Part shown: positions 46,013 to 56,141 of the stretch, piece by piece
How positions within the stretch are numbered: position 1 is the first letter of the stretch
Layout of the letters: each line of letters opens with the position of its first letter
Assembly: GCA_018657495.1 (NCBI GenBank)
Contig: JABHXA010000004.1
Coordinates: 83,086 to 147,085, forward strand
Length of the DNA stretch: 64,000 nucleotides
Source of the DNA: Fidelibacterota bacterium
GTDB lineage: Bacteria; Fidelibacterota; Marinisomatia; SCGC-AAA003-L08; JACNLC01
Direction: 5' to 3'
Notes under the pieces: generated by a model
What the model was told of the DNA's origin: nothing
What the model saw: only the letters and a program-made list of their open reading frames with translations
Database searches by the model: none
Made by a program: the position numbers and the translations under genes

Positions 46013-48829
46013 ATGACTAAAACTCTAAAAATCCTCTGCTTGGTTTTTGCAGGGGTTTTAATGATTAATACAGGATGCGACTCAAAACCTGTTAACATAG
46101 ACCTTGGTGATAATGGATACAAACTTGATTCATTCTATACCAATTCCAATTTTTCCAGATCAATACAAGATGGTTCTGGAATAGGCCATAGTTCACGCCT
46201 TTATCTAGGTAAACTTGATTCTGTTAGAAGTAGCTATGCACTCTTAAAACTCAATAAGGATGTTCTGGAGAATCATTCAGATATCTGCTCACTTCCTTCT
46301 GACAGCGTCATCTACAAAGAATCCTTCATTAGGTTGAATTCTGTAATACGTTTGACCACCCAGGGCGAAATTTCGGAATCTGATTCAGCTTATCAAGACA
46401 ACCATTTCGATTTTCATGAAGAGTTTCAATCGTTTCAAGCTTTTTGGATAAATTTTGATAATACAGATTTTTCCTGGAATGAGTTTTCCACTTTCAGCTT
46501 AAACGACTCCATAATTACTGAAATTGGAGAACTGTCAAATATCCAATCTTACAATAGCAATATTTCTGAGTTGGTAGTTACGGTTAAAAACTTTATTTTA
46601 GATATTCATCTGATTCCAACACTAGGTGGCAATAATAATTACCTATCAGATTTATGTGATGCGTCCTCAAGTGATAGTTATGGAATTTTATTACGTTACA
46701 ATAACCCAGATGAATATATTGAATTGTATTCAACAGATTATTCTATTTTATCGGGACAGCCGTATTTTGATGCCATGTATGAAAAATATACCGATGTTTT
46801 TCTAAATGAAAATAAATATGAAATATCCAGCGTAACTCCAATTGCTTTCGATTTAAATGGTATATTATCGGACCTCGAGTCAGCCAGCGCTGGATGGGGT
46901 ACTGTAATTGCCATGAATTTTGATCTAGACTCACCTCCATCAGGCACTATTAATCCACAGATTGGCATGATTGACAGTACCTTTGAACTCATGTCATTTG
47001 AGATCGACTTAATCGACCATGAAACTGATTCTTCCGGTTTAGTTGATATCTATCTTTCTGATATAATTTTAGCAAATATGGATATAGACCCCAGTAATGA
47101 TAATTACTCAGAAAATGATACTTTGGGAACGGAGAATAATTTTCTCCCTGACGATGGAGAATTATATTTTGATTGTGGGCTGGATGGTTTATGTGATGAA
47201 GATGAACCGGGATATTTCCCAGAGGGTACTGAAAATAATGAGTTATGGGATGATGGAGAATTCTTTAGTGATACCGGCATCGATAGTCTGTTTAATATAG
47301 ATGAGCCCAATTATGATGCAATTACAAATCCTGATCCAAATAGCGATGACTATAATATTGATCCGACAGAAGATAATTGGTTAGATTGTGGTTTTGATAA
47401 TATTTGCCCTGAAGATGCCAATTATATTGAATCCGATGAAGGTGAAAATAATGGTGAATGGGATTTTGGAGAGACTGGCGAAGAAGGGAATGGTCAATTT
47501 GAAAACGGTGAATTATATTGGGATTATGGCCTGGATGGGATTCACGACGTCAATGAACCCGGCTATGATGCTATTCTAAATCCCGATCCAAATAATGATA
47601 ATTGGGATGAAAACACCCAAACCGGAACAGAAGGCAATAACATATTTGACTGGACCGATGTAAATGATGATGACAGGATGGATGATGATGATGTATTTGA
47701 AGTTTTTATGGATGCTGGTCTTGATACACTCTGGAGTTTGAATGAGGATGGATTTAATCCTCTCGGAACAGAAGGTAATGGTTTATACAATTTTGGTGAG
47801 GGTTTCGAGGACTGCGGAATTGATATGGTGTGTGATGAACCTGACGATATTGATGATTACATACCTGATCCATCTGAAGATAATTATGATGTGGAAAATA
47901 ATCCTGATGGAACAGAAATAAACGGAGTTCTTGACTGGCAAGATTCAAATGACAATGGATTATGGGATATGAATGAAGGTGAAGAATGGTTTGACTGGGG
48001 TGTGGATCAAGTTCAAAATGAGTTAGAACCATATTATGGGGGGCGAAGAATAAACTTGCCATCAGCAATAAATTTTGTGGAATGGGATTTTGTCGATAAT
48101 CCCACGATAACATTTGACATGCCGACCTATAATCAGGATCAAGGGGAAGAAGCCGTAATTTGGATCTCATCAATCGAACCTGACGGTACACCGGAAAAAT
48201 ACATTGTCACCTTATCAGTGAATACATCAATTGCCTTACACGGATTTCAACTAAAGCTGAATCATATCCCATTTAGCTTCACTGAATCTCAGTTGACAGA
48301 ATTTCATACCGGTCTAAGATATATTGAAGGCGATAAACTTATCGAAGATGTATCATTGTATCAGCAACACGAGATTGATGAAGACAGCTTAATAAATACA
48401 CTTCAAATAAAATATGGCGATAATCTAAAAGCATATTTGGATTTTACTGAATTAATAGATTTCCAAATCGAACATCAGGATGCTATAATTTCAAAATCAC
48501 TTCTGACGCTTTATATCGATTCTTCAAGGACAGATATAGATGGCACTATATTCCTCAATGTTAATAGGATGACTGATCCACTGGAGCTGCCTGTTGATTC
48601 TCTAATGACAAATGAGATGAATAGCATAGTAGTGTCAGAAATAAATGATGGTATTATTCAAATCGATATCAAACCCTTTATTCAGGATATTGCTTTTGGG
48701 GAATATGAATTTTTTGGTCTTATTCTTGAAGCATCTAGCTTAGGCAATAATTTTTCAATACTTACAATAAATAATGATATGAGTCCAGATACACTGAAAC
48801 CCCAAATAGAAATTTTGTTCTCAGAATGA
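46013..48829 (+). CDS. Large lipoprotein with a central acidic repeat region (possibly DUF4270-related)
   Basis: The lipobox is LMINTGC. The central ~320 aa (nt 47078-48045) holds about seven [FWM]D.G.D...(E/D)P.Y(D/F)-type acidic repeats. Confidence 0.5.
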   Translation: MTKTLKILCLVFAGVLMINTGCDSKPVNIDLGDNGYKLDSFYTNSNFSRSIQDGSGIGHSSRLYLGKLDSVRSSYALLKLNKDVLENHSDICSLPSDSVIYKESFIRLNSVIRLTTQGEISESDSAYQDNHFDFHEEFQSFQAFWINFDNTDFSWNEFSTFSLNDSIITEIGELSNIQSYNSNISELVVTVKNFILDIHLIPTLGGNNNYLSDLCDASSSDSYGILLRYNNPDEYIELYSTDYSILSGQPYFDAMYEKYTDVFLNENKYEISSVTPIAFDLNGILSDLESASAGWGTVIAMNFDLDSPPSGTINPQIGMIDSTFELMSFEIDLIDHETDSSGLVDIYLSDIILANMDIDPSNDNYSENDTLGTENNFLPDDGELYFDCGLDGLCDEDEPGYFPEGTENNELWDDGEFFSDTGIDSLFNIDEPNYDAITNPDPNSDDYNIDPTEDNWLDCGFDNICPEDANYIESDEGENNGEWDFGETGEEGNGQFENGELYWDYGLDGIHDVNEPGYDAILNPDPNNDNWDENTQTGTEGNNIFDWTDVNDDDRMDDDDVFEVFMDAGLDTLWSLNEDGFNPLGTEGNGLYNFGEGFEDCGIDMVCDEPDDIDDYIPDPSEDNYDVENNPDGTEINGVLDWQDSNDNGLWDMNEGEEWFDWGVDQVQNELEPYYGGRRINLPSAINFVEWDFVDNPTITFDMPTYNQDQGEEAVIWISSIEPDGTPEKYIVTLSVNTSIALHGFQLKLNHIPFSFTESQLTEFHTGLRYIEGDKLIEDVSLYQQHEIDEDSLINTLQIKYGDNLKAYLDFTELIDFQIEHQDAIISKSLLTLYIDSSRTDIDGTIFLNVNRMTDPLELPVDSLMTNEMNSIVVSEINDGIIQIDIKPFIQDIAFGEYEFFGLILEASSLGNNFSILTINNDMSPDTLKPQIEILFSE

Positions 48830-50049
48830 AGTACATTTTAATTATTCTTCTAACCTGTTTTGCCTGGTCACAAACAAGCACATCATCTTTACTGGGTCTT
48901 GGCGAAAACATACAGTATTATGATCCATCCACTGTTGGAGCAGGAGGAAATACGTTATTTTCCTCCCATTCAGATGAATTCACATCTTCATCTCCAACAA
49001 CATTATGGAAAACAAATACTACACGATTGAGCATATCCACATCATTTAACAGGAATAGGACGGATGGAGGCGGGCGTCAGGAATCACAGCTGATAAATCA
49101 GATTTCATTTACCTTCCCCATTAAACCTATGAGCGCCATTTCATTTGGTCTTCGACCTCACACTCGTTCAGCATTTCAAATTCGTACCAATTACGATGAA
49201 GCCGAGCATGTCCAATTTGATGAAAATGTATTTGCCCCGGCATTTTATTATCACAGCAGTGGCGGAATCAGCAGATATTTTATATCGTATTCTAAGAAGA
49301 TTAATGATACCTACTCACTAGGAATCACATGGAATAATGAATTTGGTAATCTGTTTTTGACAGATTCAGTCCTTACTTATAAAGTAACTACCAATTCGGA
49401 ATCTGGGGCAACAGTTTATAGTTTATCTGATATTTCAATAAACAATCTTACTCAAAATTTTAATGGCAGCAGTATCTATTTTGAAGGTAGGTACACTCAA
49501 AACAAAAATCATATGGTCCTTGGTATTGAATTAGAAAATTCATTGACTATCAAATCAAAAAATTACAACCCGATTACCGGTAGTGAATCCACAACAGCAG
49601 AAACAATCAAAATGGAATTTACCGGGTTCAAAGGGGGATATGAGTATAAACATAACGAGACTATCAGCGGAATTGTTGAAGTTAATTATTACAAACCGCT
49701 CAAGACTGCAAATCCAATATTTGGCTTGAATAATATAAGTCAGTTAGGATTGCATACAGGTATTATAAAAAGAGTTAAAAATTCCAAATTAGGTCGATGG
49801 GACTTTTTAAATATTTCCACGGGATTATATTCGTATCAACATAAAACTTCAAATGGAAATTATAGTGATACAGGGATCAGCTTTGGATTGGGAATGGAAT
49901 ATTTCAATAAAAGAAATATGATTGATCTTGTTATTACTGCTGGAAAGCGTACGAGTCCATTTGATGAATTGACAAATGAAGAATATATAAACCTGATGGT
50001 AGGTATAACTACAGGGGAAACATGGTTTATAAAAAGGAGAAAAAAATAA
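48826..50049 (+). CDS. Hypothetical exported protein, possible outer-membrane beta-barrel
   Basis: The signal peptide is MKYILIILLTCFAWSQ. The sequence is Ser/Thr/Asn/Gly/Tyr-rich with alternating patterns. The start overlaps the upstream stop (ATGA). It has no terminal Phe. Confidence 0.35.
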   Translation: MKYILIILLTCFAWSQTSTSSLLGLGENIQYYDPSTVGAGGNTLFSSHSDEFTSSSPTTLWKTNTTRLSISTSFNRNRTDGGGRQESQLINQISFTFPIKPMSAISFGLRPHTRSAFQIRTNYDEAEHVQFDENVFAPAFYYHSSGGISRYFISYSKKINDTYSLGITWNNEFGNLFLTDSVLTYKVTTNSESGATVYSLSDISINNLTQNFNGSSIYFEGRYTQNKNHMVLGIELENSLTIKSKNYNPITGSESTTAETIKMEFTGFKGGYEYKHNETISGIVEVNYYKPLKTANPIFGLNNISQLGLHTGIIKRVKNSKLGRWDFLNISTGLYSYQHKTSNGNYSDTGISFGLGMEYFNKRNMIDLVITAGKRTSPFDELTNEEYINLMVGITTGETWFIKRRKK

Positions 50050-50053
50050 TCAT

Positions 50054-51307
50054 ATGAAAAAGCAATTTATATTATATGCGATAATTTTATTATTAATTGG
50101 AGTTGGATGTGTACCTCCTGAAACTACAGTTGAAGATGAAGATACTGGAATGACGGCTATTGAACGCAACAAAGAATGTGATTTGTATTTAAGTTTTGCT
50201 CATACAAATTATCAAAATAGAGATTATCGGAGTGCTATAAGAAATTTTTCAAATATTATCGATTTAGGTTGTGCAAAAAGAAATAGCCTGGAAATATTTC
50301 CGTGGATGACCAGATCTTATATCGAACTATCAAAAGATGAGAAAGAACCCAAATTAGCAACCGTATTGATGGATAGTTCGTATTGGTCCATTCGACAGGG
50401 TCTAAAATATTCTCCAGATGAAATGAGCATGCTGGAATTAGCCGCCTGGATAGCAGGAGATATGGGTAAAACAGATGACCAGATATATTATATTGATAAG
50501 ATCCTTTCCATTGATCCGGAGAATACTTCGATTCTTTGGAAAATCTTTGATATTTATTCTGAGCAGGATAATTGTACTGAAATGTTAAATATTTTAAACA
50601 TATTGTTAAATATAGATTCTGAAGATAAAAAAGCCCTCGGTGAATTACGCAATGTTTATGAATGCCTTGGCATGGATCCCATTGAGATTGACAAAGAAAG
50701 ATGCGAAAATGATCCGTCAAATGTACCGCTATGTTTTTCGTATGCCAAAGCATTACAGCAACGTAGTGATTATGACGAGTTATTGTATGTTTTACCAAGA
50801 TTACTGTCCCATGACCCATCCAATAAAGATATAATTCAAATGCTTGCAGAAACTTATAATCAATTGGATAAATCCGCTGATGCCCTAAAGGCTTATGAAA
50901 AATTATTTAACATCACAAGAGATTATAAAATTGCTCTGATAATATCCGAATTACATTTGGATGATGAGGACTTCAAAAATGCTCTGAAATGGGCCGAAAC
51001 AGCGATATCTGTCAGTAATGGAAAAGGTGAAGCCTACTATGGAAGAGGGGAAGTTTATCGTGAAGGTATAAGCGCCTGCAGTGGTGAGGGATTAACATTC
51101 TCTGATAAACTTGGCTATGAAATGGCCTTTGAAGATTATTCAACTGCCTTAGATAAAAAGTATTTCTCTGCAAGAGCAAGAAAAGAATCATTGAGCGAGT
51201 TTATTACAACTTCATCTGATTGGTTCATGCGTCCGGATGGTGAACGTGAGGCAAAACCGGAGGGAGCATGTGTCAATTGGATAACAAGGACAATTAAAAG
51301 AAAATAA
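50054..51307 (+). CDS. TPR-repeat lipoprotein
   Basis: The lipobox is LLIGVGC. Multiple TPR-like helical pairs are present (DYRSAIRNFSNII, ADALKAYEKLFNI, FKNALKWAETAI). Confidence 0.5.
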   Translation: MKKQFILYAIILLLIGVGCVPPETTVEDEDTGMTAIERNKECDLYLSFAHTNYQNRDYRSAIRNFSNIIDLGCAKRNSLEIFPWMTRSYIELSKDEKEPKLATVLMDSSYWSIRQGLKYSPDEMSMLELAAWIAGDMGKTDDQIYYIDKILSIDPENTSILWKIFDIYSEQDNCTEMLNILNILLNIDSEDKKALGELRNVYECLGMDPIEIDKERCENDPSNVPLCFSYAKALQQRSDYDELLYVLPRLLSHDPSNKDIIQMLAETYNQLDKSADALKAYEKLFNITRDYKIALIISELHLDDEDFKNALKWAETAISVSNGKGEAYYGRGEVYREGISACSGEGLTFSDKLGYEMAFEDYSTALDKKYFSARARKESLSEFITTSSDWFMRPDGEREAKPEGACVNWITRTIKRK

Positions 51308-51744
51308 TGGAAATAGCCATCGGAGCCGATCATGCCGGTTTCAAAGCGAAAATATTTCTTATTGCACATTTAGAAAGTAAGGGATATGGAATTCACGATG
51401 TCGGTACTGATTCTGTAAAATCTGTAGACTACCCACATTTCGCCCATGCCGTTGGAAAAATGGTTATTGACGGGCATGCCGATAAAGGAATTGTAATTTG
51501 CGGTACGGGTATAGGGGTATCCATATCTGCAAATAAAATCCCCGGTGTTAGAGCTGCCCTCTGTAGTACAAATGAAGATGCAGAGATGAGTCGAAAACAT
51601 AATAATTCAAATGTCCTGGCATTGGGGGCAAGATCATGCGGACCTCCCGATCTTGTTGCAATTACAGATACATGGCTGAATACAGCTTTTGAAGGGGGCA
51701 GACATGAGCGAAGAGTTAACCAAATAGAAAATATAAATATATAA
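51307..51744 (+). CDS. rpiB: Ribose-5-phosphate isomerase B
   Basis: [13 protein letters not shown] and [14 protein letters not shown] are present. The ATG overlaps the previous TAA by 1 nt. Confidence 0.9.
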   Translation: MEIAIGADHAGFKAKIFLIAHLESKGYGIHDVGTDSVKSVDYPHFAHAVGKMVIDGHADKGIVICGTGIGVSISANKIPGVRAALCSTNEDAEMSRKHNNSNVLALGARSCGPPDLVAITDTWLNTAFEGGRHERRVNQIENINI

Positions 51745-51746
51745 TT

Positions 51747-53048
51747 ATGATTGACAAATTAAAAATATCCGATCCTCAAGTATATGCATCAATCCAGGGA
51801 GAATTGAAAAGACAGCAGTTTACTTTGGAAATGATAGCATCTGAAAATTTTACCAGTCCTCAGGTGATGGAAGCTGTTGGATCTATTATGACCAACAAAT
51901 ATGCTGAAGGATATCCTGGGAAAAGATATTATGGTGGTTGTGAACAAGTAGATATTGCTGAGGATCTGGCTCGGGATAGAGCAAAGAAATTATTCAATTG
52001 TGAATATGCAAATGTTCAGCCTCATTCAGGATCACAGGCAAATATGGGTGTTTACATGGCTATTTTAAAACCCGGTGATACAGTGCTTGGATTAAATTTA
52101 TCCCATGGTGGTCACCTTACCCATGGTAGTCATGTGAGTTTCTCAGGCAAACTCTATAATTTTGTATCTTATGGAGTTGATGCCCAAAGCGGTCGAGTTG
52201 ATTTCAACCAAGTGGCTAAACTCGCCAGGGAGCATAAACCAAAGATGATTATCTGTGGTGGCAGTGCATATCCTCGATTTATAGAGTTTGAACAATTTAG
52301 GGAAGTTGCCGATTCTGTCGATGCTTTACTAATGGCCGATATTGCCCATCCATCTGGTCTTGTTGCAGCAGGAATTCATCCTTCACCATGGCCACATTGC
52401 CATGTTGTTACCAGCACAACTCATAAAACCCTTCGTGGCCCCAGGGGAGGGATAATCCTTGTCGGCAAAGATTTTGAAAACTCGTGGGGTATGGTAGCAC
52501 CCAAATCAGGTCGTATAAAAATGTTTTCAGAACTTCTTGACAGTTCTGTAATGCCTGGAATTCAAGGTGGACCGCTGATGCATGTGATTGCGGGAAAAGC
52601 TGTGGCATTTGCTGAAGCACTAAAACCGGATTTCACCACCTATGCCAGGCAGATTACCTCAAATGCAAAAGTGCTGGCTGAAAAATTACTTTCGTTAGAT
52701 TATCAATTAGTCTCTGGTGGAACAGATACTCATCTGGTCTTAATCGACTTGTCAAAAGAAGGAATATCTGGTAAAAAGGCTGAAAGAAGACTTGAGGAGG
52801 CAGGGATTACTACAAATAAAAATATGGTACCATTTGATCAAAGAAGTCCTATGGTAACCAGTGGTATCCGAATAGGAACTCCTGCATTGACTTCCCGGGG
52901 TATGGGTATTGATGCAATGAAATTGATCGCTGGATTGATTGACAGCGTAATCAAAAATATTGATGACGATAGCGTAATAAAAAAGGTAAATGAAAAAGTC
53001 ATTGAGCTTTGTGATGGGTTCCCGCTATACCCTGAATTCAACGATTAA
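51747..53048 (+). CDS. glyA: Serine hydroxymethyltransferase
   Basis: [24 protein letters not shown] and [14 protein letters not shown] are present. Confidence 0.95.
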   Translation: MIDKLKISDPQVYASIQGELKRQQFTLEMIASENFTSPQVMEAVGSIMTNKYAEGYPGKRYYGGCEQVDIAEDLARDRAKKLFNCEYANVQPHSGSQANMGVYMAILKPGDTVLGLNLSHGGHLTHGSHVSFSGKLYNFVSYGVDAQSGRVDFNQVAKLAREHKPKMIICGGSAYPRFIEFEQFREVADSVDALLMADIAHPSGLVAAGIHPSPWPHCHVVTSTTHKTLRGPRGGIILVGKDFENSWGMVAPKSGRIKMFSELLDSSVMPGIQGGPLMHVIAGKAVAFAEALKPDFTTYARQITSNAKVLAEKLLSLDYQLVSGGTDTHLVLIDLSKEGISGKKAERRLEEAGITTNKNMVPFDQRSPMVTSGIRIGTPALTSRGMGIDAMKLIAGLIDSVIKNIDDDSVIKKVNEKVIELCDGFPLYPEFND

Positions 53049-53200
53049 TTTGATTTAGTAATCGTCCTTTTTAGGCAAAATATTATTCATATTTGACTCA
53101 AGTATTTTAACGACTTTGGGTGTCTGAGATCAGCTAATTGTTCTCACTTATCTGAAATCCAATTCTTGCACTAAAACATATAAATGTAATATTATCGCAC

Positions 53201-53971
53201 ATGTTGAGAGTTATTTTATATCCTTTTACTTTGGCAATACGAATATTTGAGGATATCGGGCGCTACGTCCTGCTTCTCCTGAATATTTTTAGATCCATTC
53301 GAAATTGGCATCAGTATTTTGGGGTTACCATTGATCAGATGATTTTTATTGGTGCAAAATCAATTCCCATCGTGATTTTGACATCATTATTTTCAGGCAT
53401 GGTCACCTCTGTTCAATCAGCATATCAGTTCAGTAGTTGGGTTCCTTCCTGGTATGTTGGAAGTGTAGTTGGAGAATCCGTTTTACTGGAACTGGCCCCG
53501 ATGATTACCGGCCTCGTGTTAACCGGCAGAGTAGGGGCAACAATAGCAGCAGAATTAGGCACGATGCGAGTTACTGAGCAAATCGATGCTCTTGAATCCC
53601 TTTCTTTTGATCCCGTTTCCTATCTCATTTTACCCAGAGTCGTTGCTGGAACCGTAATGTTCCCTTTTTTAATTATCATCGCCGATATTTTTGGAGTTAC
53701 TGGCGGTTGGTTAGCAGCTTCCGTTTCTATGGATGTATCATCCTATGAGTTTATCAAGGGGTTTCGAACCTGGTTCCATCCGTTTGATGCATGGTTTGGA
53801 CTAATTAAAGCGACAGCATTTGGTTTTTCAATTACATCTATTGCCTGCTATCAGGGTTTTTATACCAAGGGCGGTGCAATGGGTGTAGGTAAGGCAACTA
53901 CCGTAACTGTAGTTGTATCCTGCGTGACTATAGTATTTCTAGACTATGTCTTGGCGACTTTAATGTTATGA
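53201..53971 (+). CDS. mlaE: MlaE-family ABC transporter permease
   Basis: The signature GRVGATIAAELGTMRVTEQIDALESL is present, the protein is polytopic, and an MlaF-like ATPase follows. Confidence 0.85.
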   Translation: MLRVILYPFTLAIRIFEDIGRYVLLLLNIFRSIRNWHQYFGVTIDQMIFIGAKSIPIVILTSLFSGMVTSVQSAYQFSSWVPSWYVGSVVGESVLLELAPMITGLVLTGRVGATIAAELGTMRVTEQIDALESLSFDPVSYLILPRVVAGTVMFPFLIIIADIFGVTGGWLAASVSMDVSSYEFIKGFRTWFHPFDAWFGLIKATAFGFSITSIACYQGFYTKGGAMGVGKATTVTVVVSCVTIVFLDYVLATLML

Positions 53972-54717
53972 TTCAAGTAAAAGATCTTCATAAAACCTTC
54001 GAAGGTAAACATGTTTTACGCGGTGTAGAATTCGATGTAAAAACGGGTGAGGCAATCGCCATTATCGGCATAAGCGGATCCGGAAAAAGTGTAATCCTAA
54101 AACATTTAATCGGATTACTTAAACCGGATAGAGGCGAGGTCTGGATGGATAATAATCTTGTAAGTGCAATGTCATTCAGAAAACTCCAGACTGTTAGAGA
54201 AAAAATTGGCATGGTATTCCAGTCAGGTGCTCTCTTTGACTCTATGAATGTTAAAGATAATATATCGCTGGCATTAAAAAAATTAACCAAGCTAAAGGGT
54301 AAATCACTTGAAGACAGGGTGAAGGAAAGTCTTGAAAGTGTGAATATGTCAGGGACCCAGGATTTGATGCCCTCAGAACTATCAGGTGGAATGAAAAAAA
54401 GAGTGGGGATTGCCAGGGCTATAGCAATAAAACCTGAATATCTTTTTTATGATGAGCCTACTACCGGGTTAGACCCTATAATGACAGATGTCATCAATAG
54501 ATTAATTATAAAATTCCAAAAAAGCGGTAATATCACCACCGTGATTGTAACACATGAAATGTCAACAGTTTATGATGTTGTTGATAGGGTGATTCTGCTT
54601 CATGATGGAAAGATCAGGTTTAGTGGTACTCCGGATGAAATCAAAGAATCAGAAGATGTGGTAGTAAAACAATTTATAAATGGTGACAGCACATTAATCG
54701 AACAGGAGATTGCATGA
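53968..54717 (+). CDS. mlaF: MlaF-type ABC transporter ATP-binding protein
   Basis: It has Walker A GISGSGKS, signature LSGGMKKRVGIARA and Walker B LFYDEPTTGLD. Confidence 0.85.
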   Translation: MIQVKDLHKTFEGKHVLRGVEFDVKTGEAIAIIGISGSGKSVILKHLIGLLKPDRGEVWMDNNLVSAMSFRKLQTVREKIGMVFQSGALFDSMNVKDNISLALKKLTKLKGKSLEDRVKESLESVNMSGTQDLMPSELSGGMKKRVGIARAIAIKPEYLFYDEPTTGLDPIMTDVINRLIIKFQKSGNITTVIVTHEMSTVYDVVDRVILLHDGKIRFSGTPDEIKESEDVVVKQFINGDSTLIEQEIA

Positions 54718-55721
54718 AGCTTTCAAGAGTATTTTGGGTGGGTTTTATCATCACTATTACATCAGTGGCATTCATTGGCGGCATGTTGTATCTTCAGGAA
54801 ATATCCTTTTCAAAATCAAATTTTACATTTACAATTATACTGGATAGCGTCCAGGGGCTGAATGAGGGTGACAATGTAAGTATGCTTGGTAAAAGAATTG
54901 GAAAAGTTACAAAAACAAAAATTATCGGACAGAAAATTGCCGTGGAATTATCAATAGATAACTCTTTTGCCTTTAGGATCCCTGTAGATTCAATAATTGA
55001 GGTAAAAAGTGAGGGATTGCTTGGTGAGAAATATGTTTCTATTTCCCCAGGGGTTGATACCAAACACTATCTATTAGAAGGGGAAACCGTTCAGGGTACA
55101 AGAGAGAAGGACCTATCTGAGATTACTCCTGGAATAATACCAATAACAAAGGATTTAGGTGCAATTGCCAGACGCTTACGCGCTACGCTTGGTGAAGATG
55201 AGAAAACACGGATTCAATCCACTATTAAAAATATCGAAAGTCTAACCGCCGAACTCAATCTATTGACTACAGAATTCAGAGGCACTATCAGTGAAGAAGA
55301 TAAAGAATATATACACGCATTTACTCTAAATATGAAATTACTATCAGATAGCCTGCGCACAGAATTTGATAATAGTTTTAAATCAGTTGATGCCATACTC
55401 TCAGATGTGAATGATATCACCTCAAGTGTAAAAAGTAAAACAGATACATTTAATGAATCTATCGACAAATTAAATCAAAGTGCTGAAATCCTTTTGAGTA
55501 CGGCCGAAACTTTTAATTCAATAACAAATGAATTAAAAACATCTATTGATAAGCTAAACGGGATGGAAGGGACCCTGCCAAGATTGTTAAATGATGACAA
55601 AGTCTACAATAATGTCGATAGCTTAATATTTGATATTCGATATATTGTCGACGATTTCAAGGAAAATCCCGGTAGATATCTTAAAGCATATATGAAAGCG
55701 AAAAAGACTGATGACGATTAA
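54714..55721 (+). CDS. mlaD: MlaD-like MCE-domain protein
   Basis: It has an N-terminal TM helix, an MCE beta-barrel segment (GLNEGDNVSMLGKRIGKVTK...EVKSEGLLGEKYVSISPG) and a long helical C-terminus. Confidence 0.8.
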   Translation: MKLSRVFWVGFIITITSVAFIGGMLYLQEISFSKSNFTFTIILDSVQGLNEGDNVSMLGKRIGKVTKTKIIGQKIAVELSIDNSFAFRIPVDSIIEVKSEGLLGEKYVSISPGVDTKHYLLEGETVQGTREKDLSEITPGIIPITKDLGAIARRLRATLGEDEKTRIQSTIKNIESLTAELNLLTTEFRGTISEEDKEYIHAFTLNMKLLSDSLRTEFDNSFKSVDAILSDVNDITSSVKSKTDTFNESIDKLNQSAEILLSTAETFNSITNELKTSIDKLNGMEGTLPRLLNDDKVYNNVDSLIFDIRYIVDDFKENPGRYLKAYMKAKKTDDD

Positions 55722-55887
55722 CGGTGAAAATAAATCGCAGGATTCTATGGAAGAACTTTTAGAGATAATTTGCTGTCCATACTGCAAACATGACTTATCA
55801 TATGAAACAACATCAAATTTAATCTGTCATAATTGTAATCAGAGATACTTAATTCAAGATGAAATACCGGTTTTACTTACAAAATAG
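55711..55887 (+). CDS. Trm112/UPF0434-family zinc-ribbon protein (58 aa, below the ORF-track cutoff)
   Basis: My own translation gives MTINGENKSQDSMEELLEIICCPYCKHDLSYETTSNLICHNCNQRYLIQDEIPVLLTK*. The pattern CPxC...CxxC...Y.I.D.IPVLL fits the family. The ATG overlaps the mlaD stop. Confidence 0.7.
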   Translation: MTINGENKSQDSMEELLEIICCPYCKHDLSYETTSNLICHNCNQRYLIQDEIPVLLTK

Positions 55888-56081
55888 GCTGGCTGAAATA
55901 AATTTGTATATAATCGTATCAATCATTGTATGATATTAAAAAGTAGCTATACATTTCACATCGAAAAAAATAGGAGATTTTACATAAACTTTCGTTAACA
56001 GGATGCATTATTCACACAGAGAACAGGTGGGAATAATTAATATAATATTATGCATGTATATCCTTAGCGAAAGGTACTTTG

Positions 56082-56116
56082 ACCGAGTAACCGATAGGAT
56101 GTACTCGGTTTTTTTT
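56082..56116 (+). terminator. Rho-independent terminator-like hairpin 195 nt after the last upstream gene
   Basis: A perfect 8-bp stem, ACCGAGTA (56082-56089) / TACTCGGT (56102-56109), is followed by T7 (56110-56116). Confidence 0.65.
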
Positions 56117-56141
56117 ATAGAAAATAGGAGTAATTATAAAA

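Noticed and set aside
48826-50049. The N-terminal LGLGENIQYYDPSTVGAGGNTLF is reminiscent of the PorQ/PorV ARxxGMGGA...NPA motif.
   Set aside because: NPA is not conserved (SPT instead), there is no terminal aromatic residue, and the similarity is too weak to call by eye. I left it as a hypothetical exported protein.
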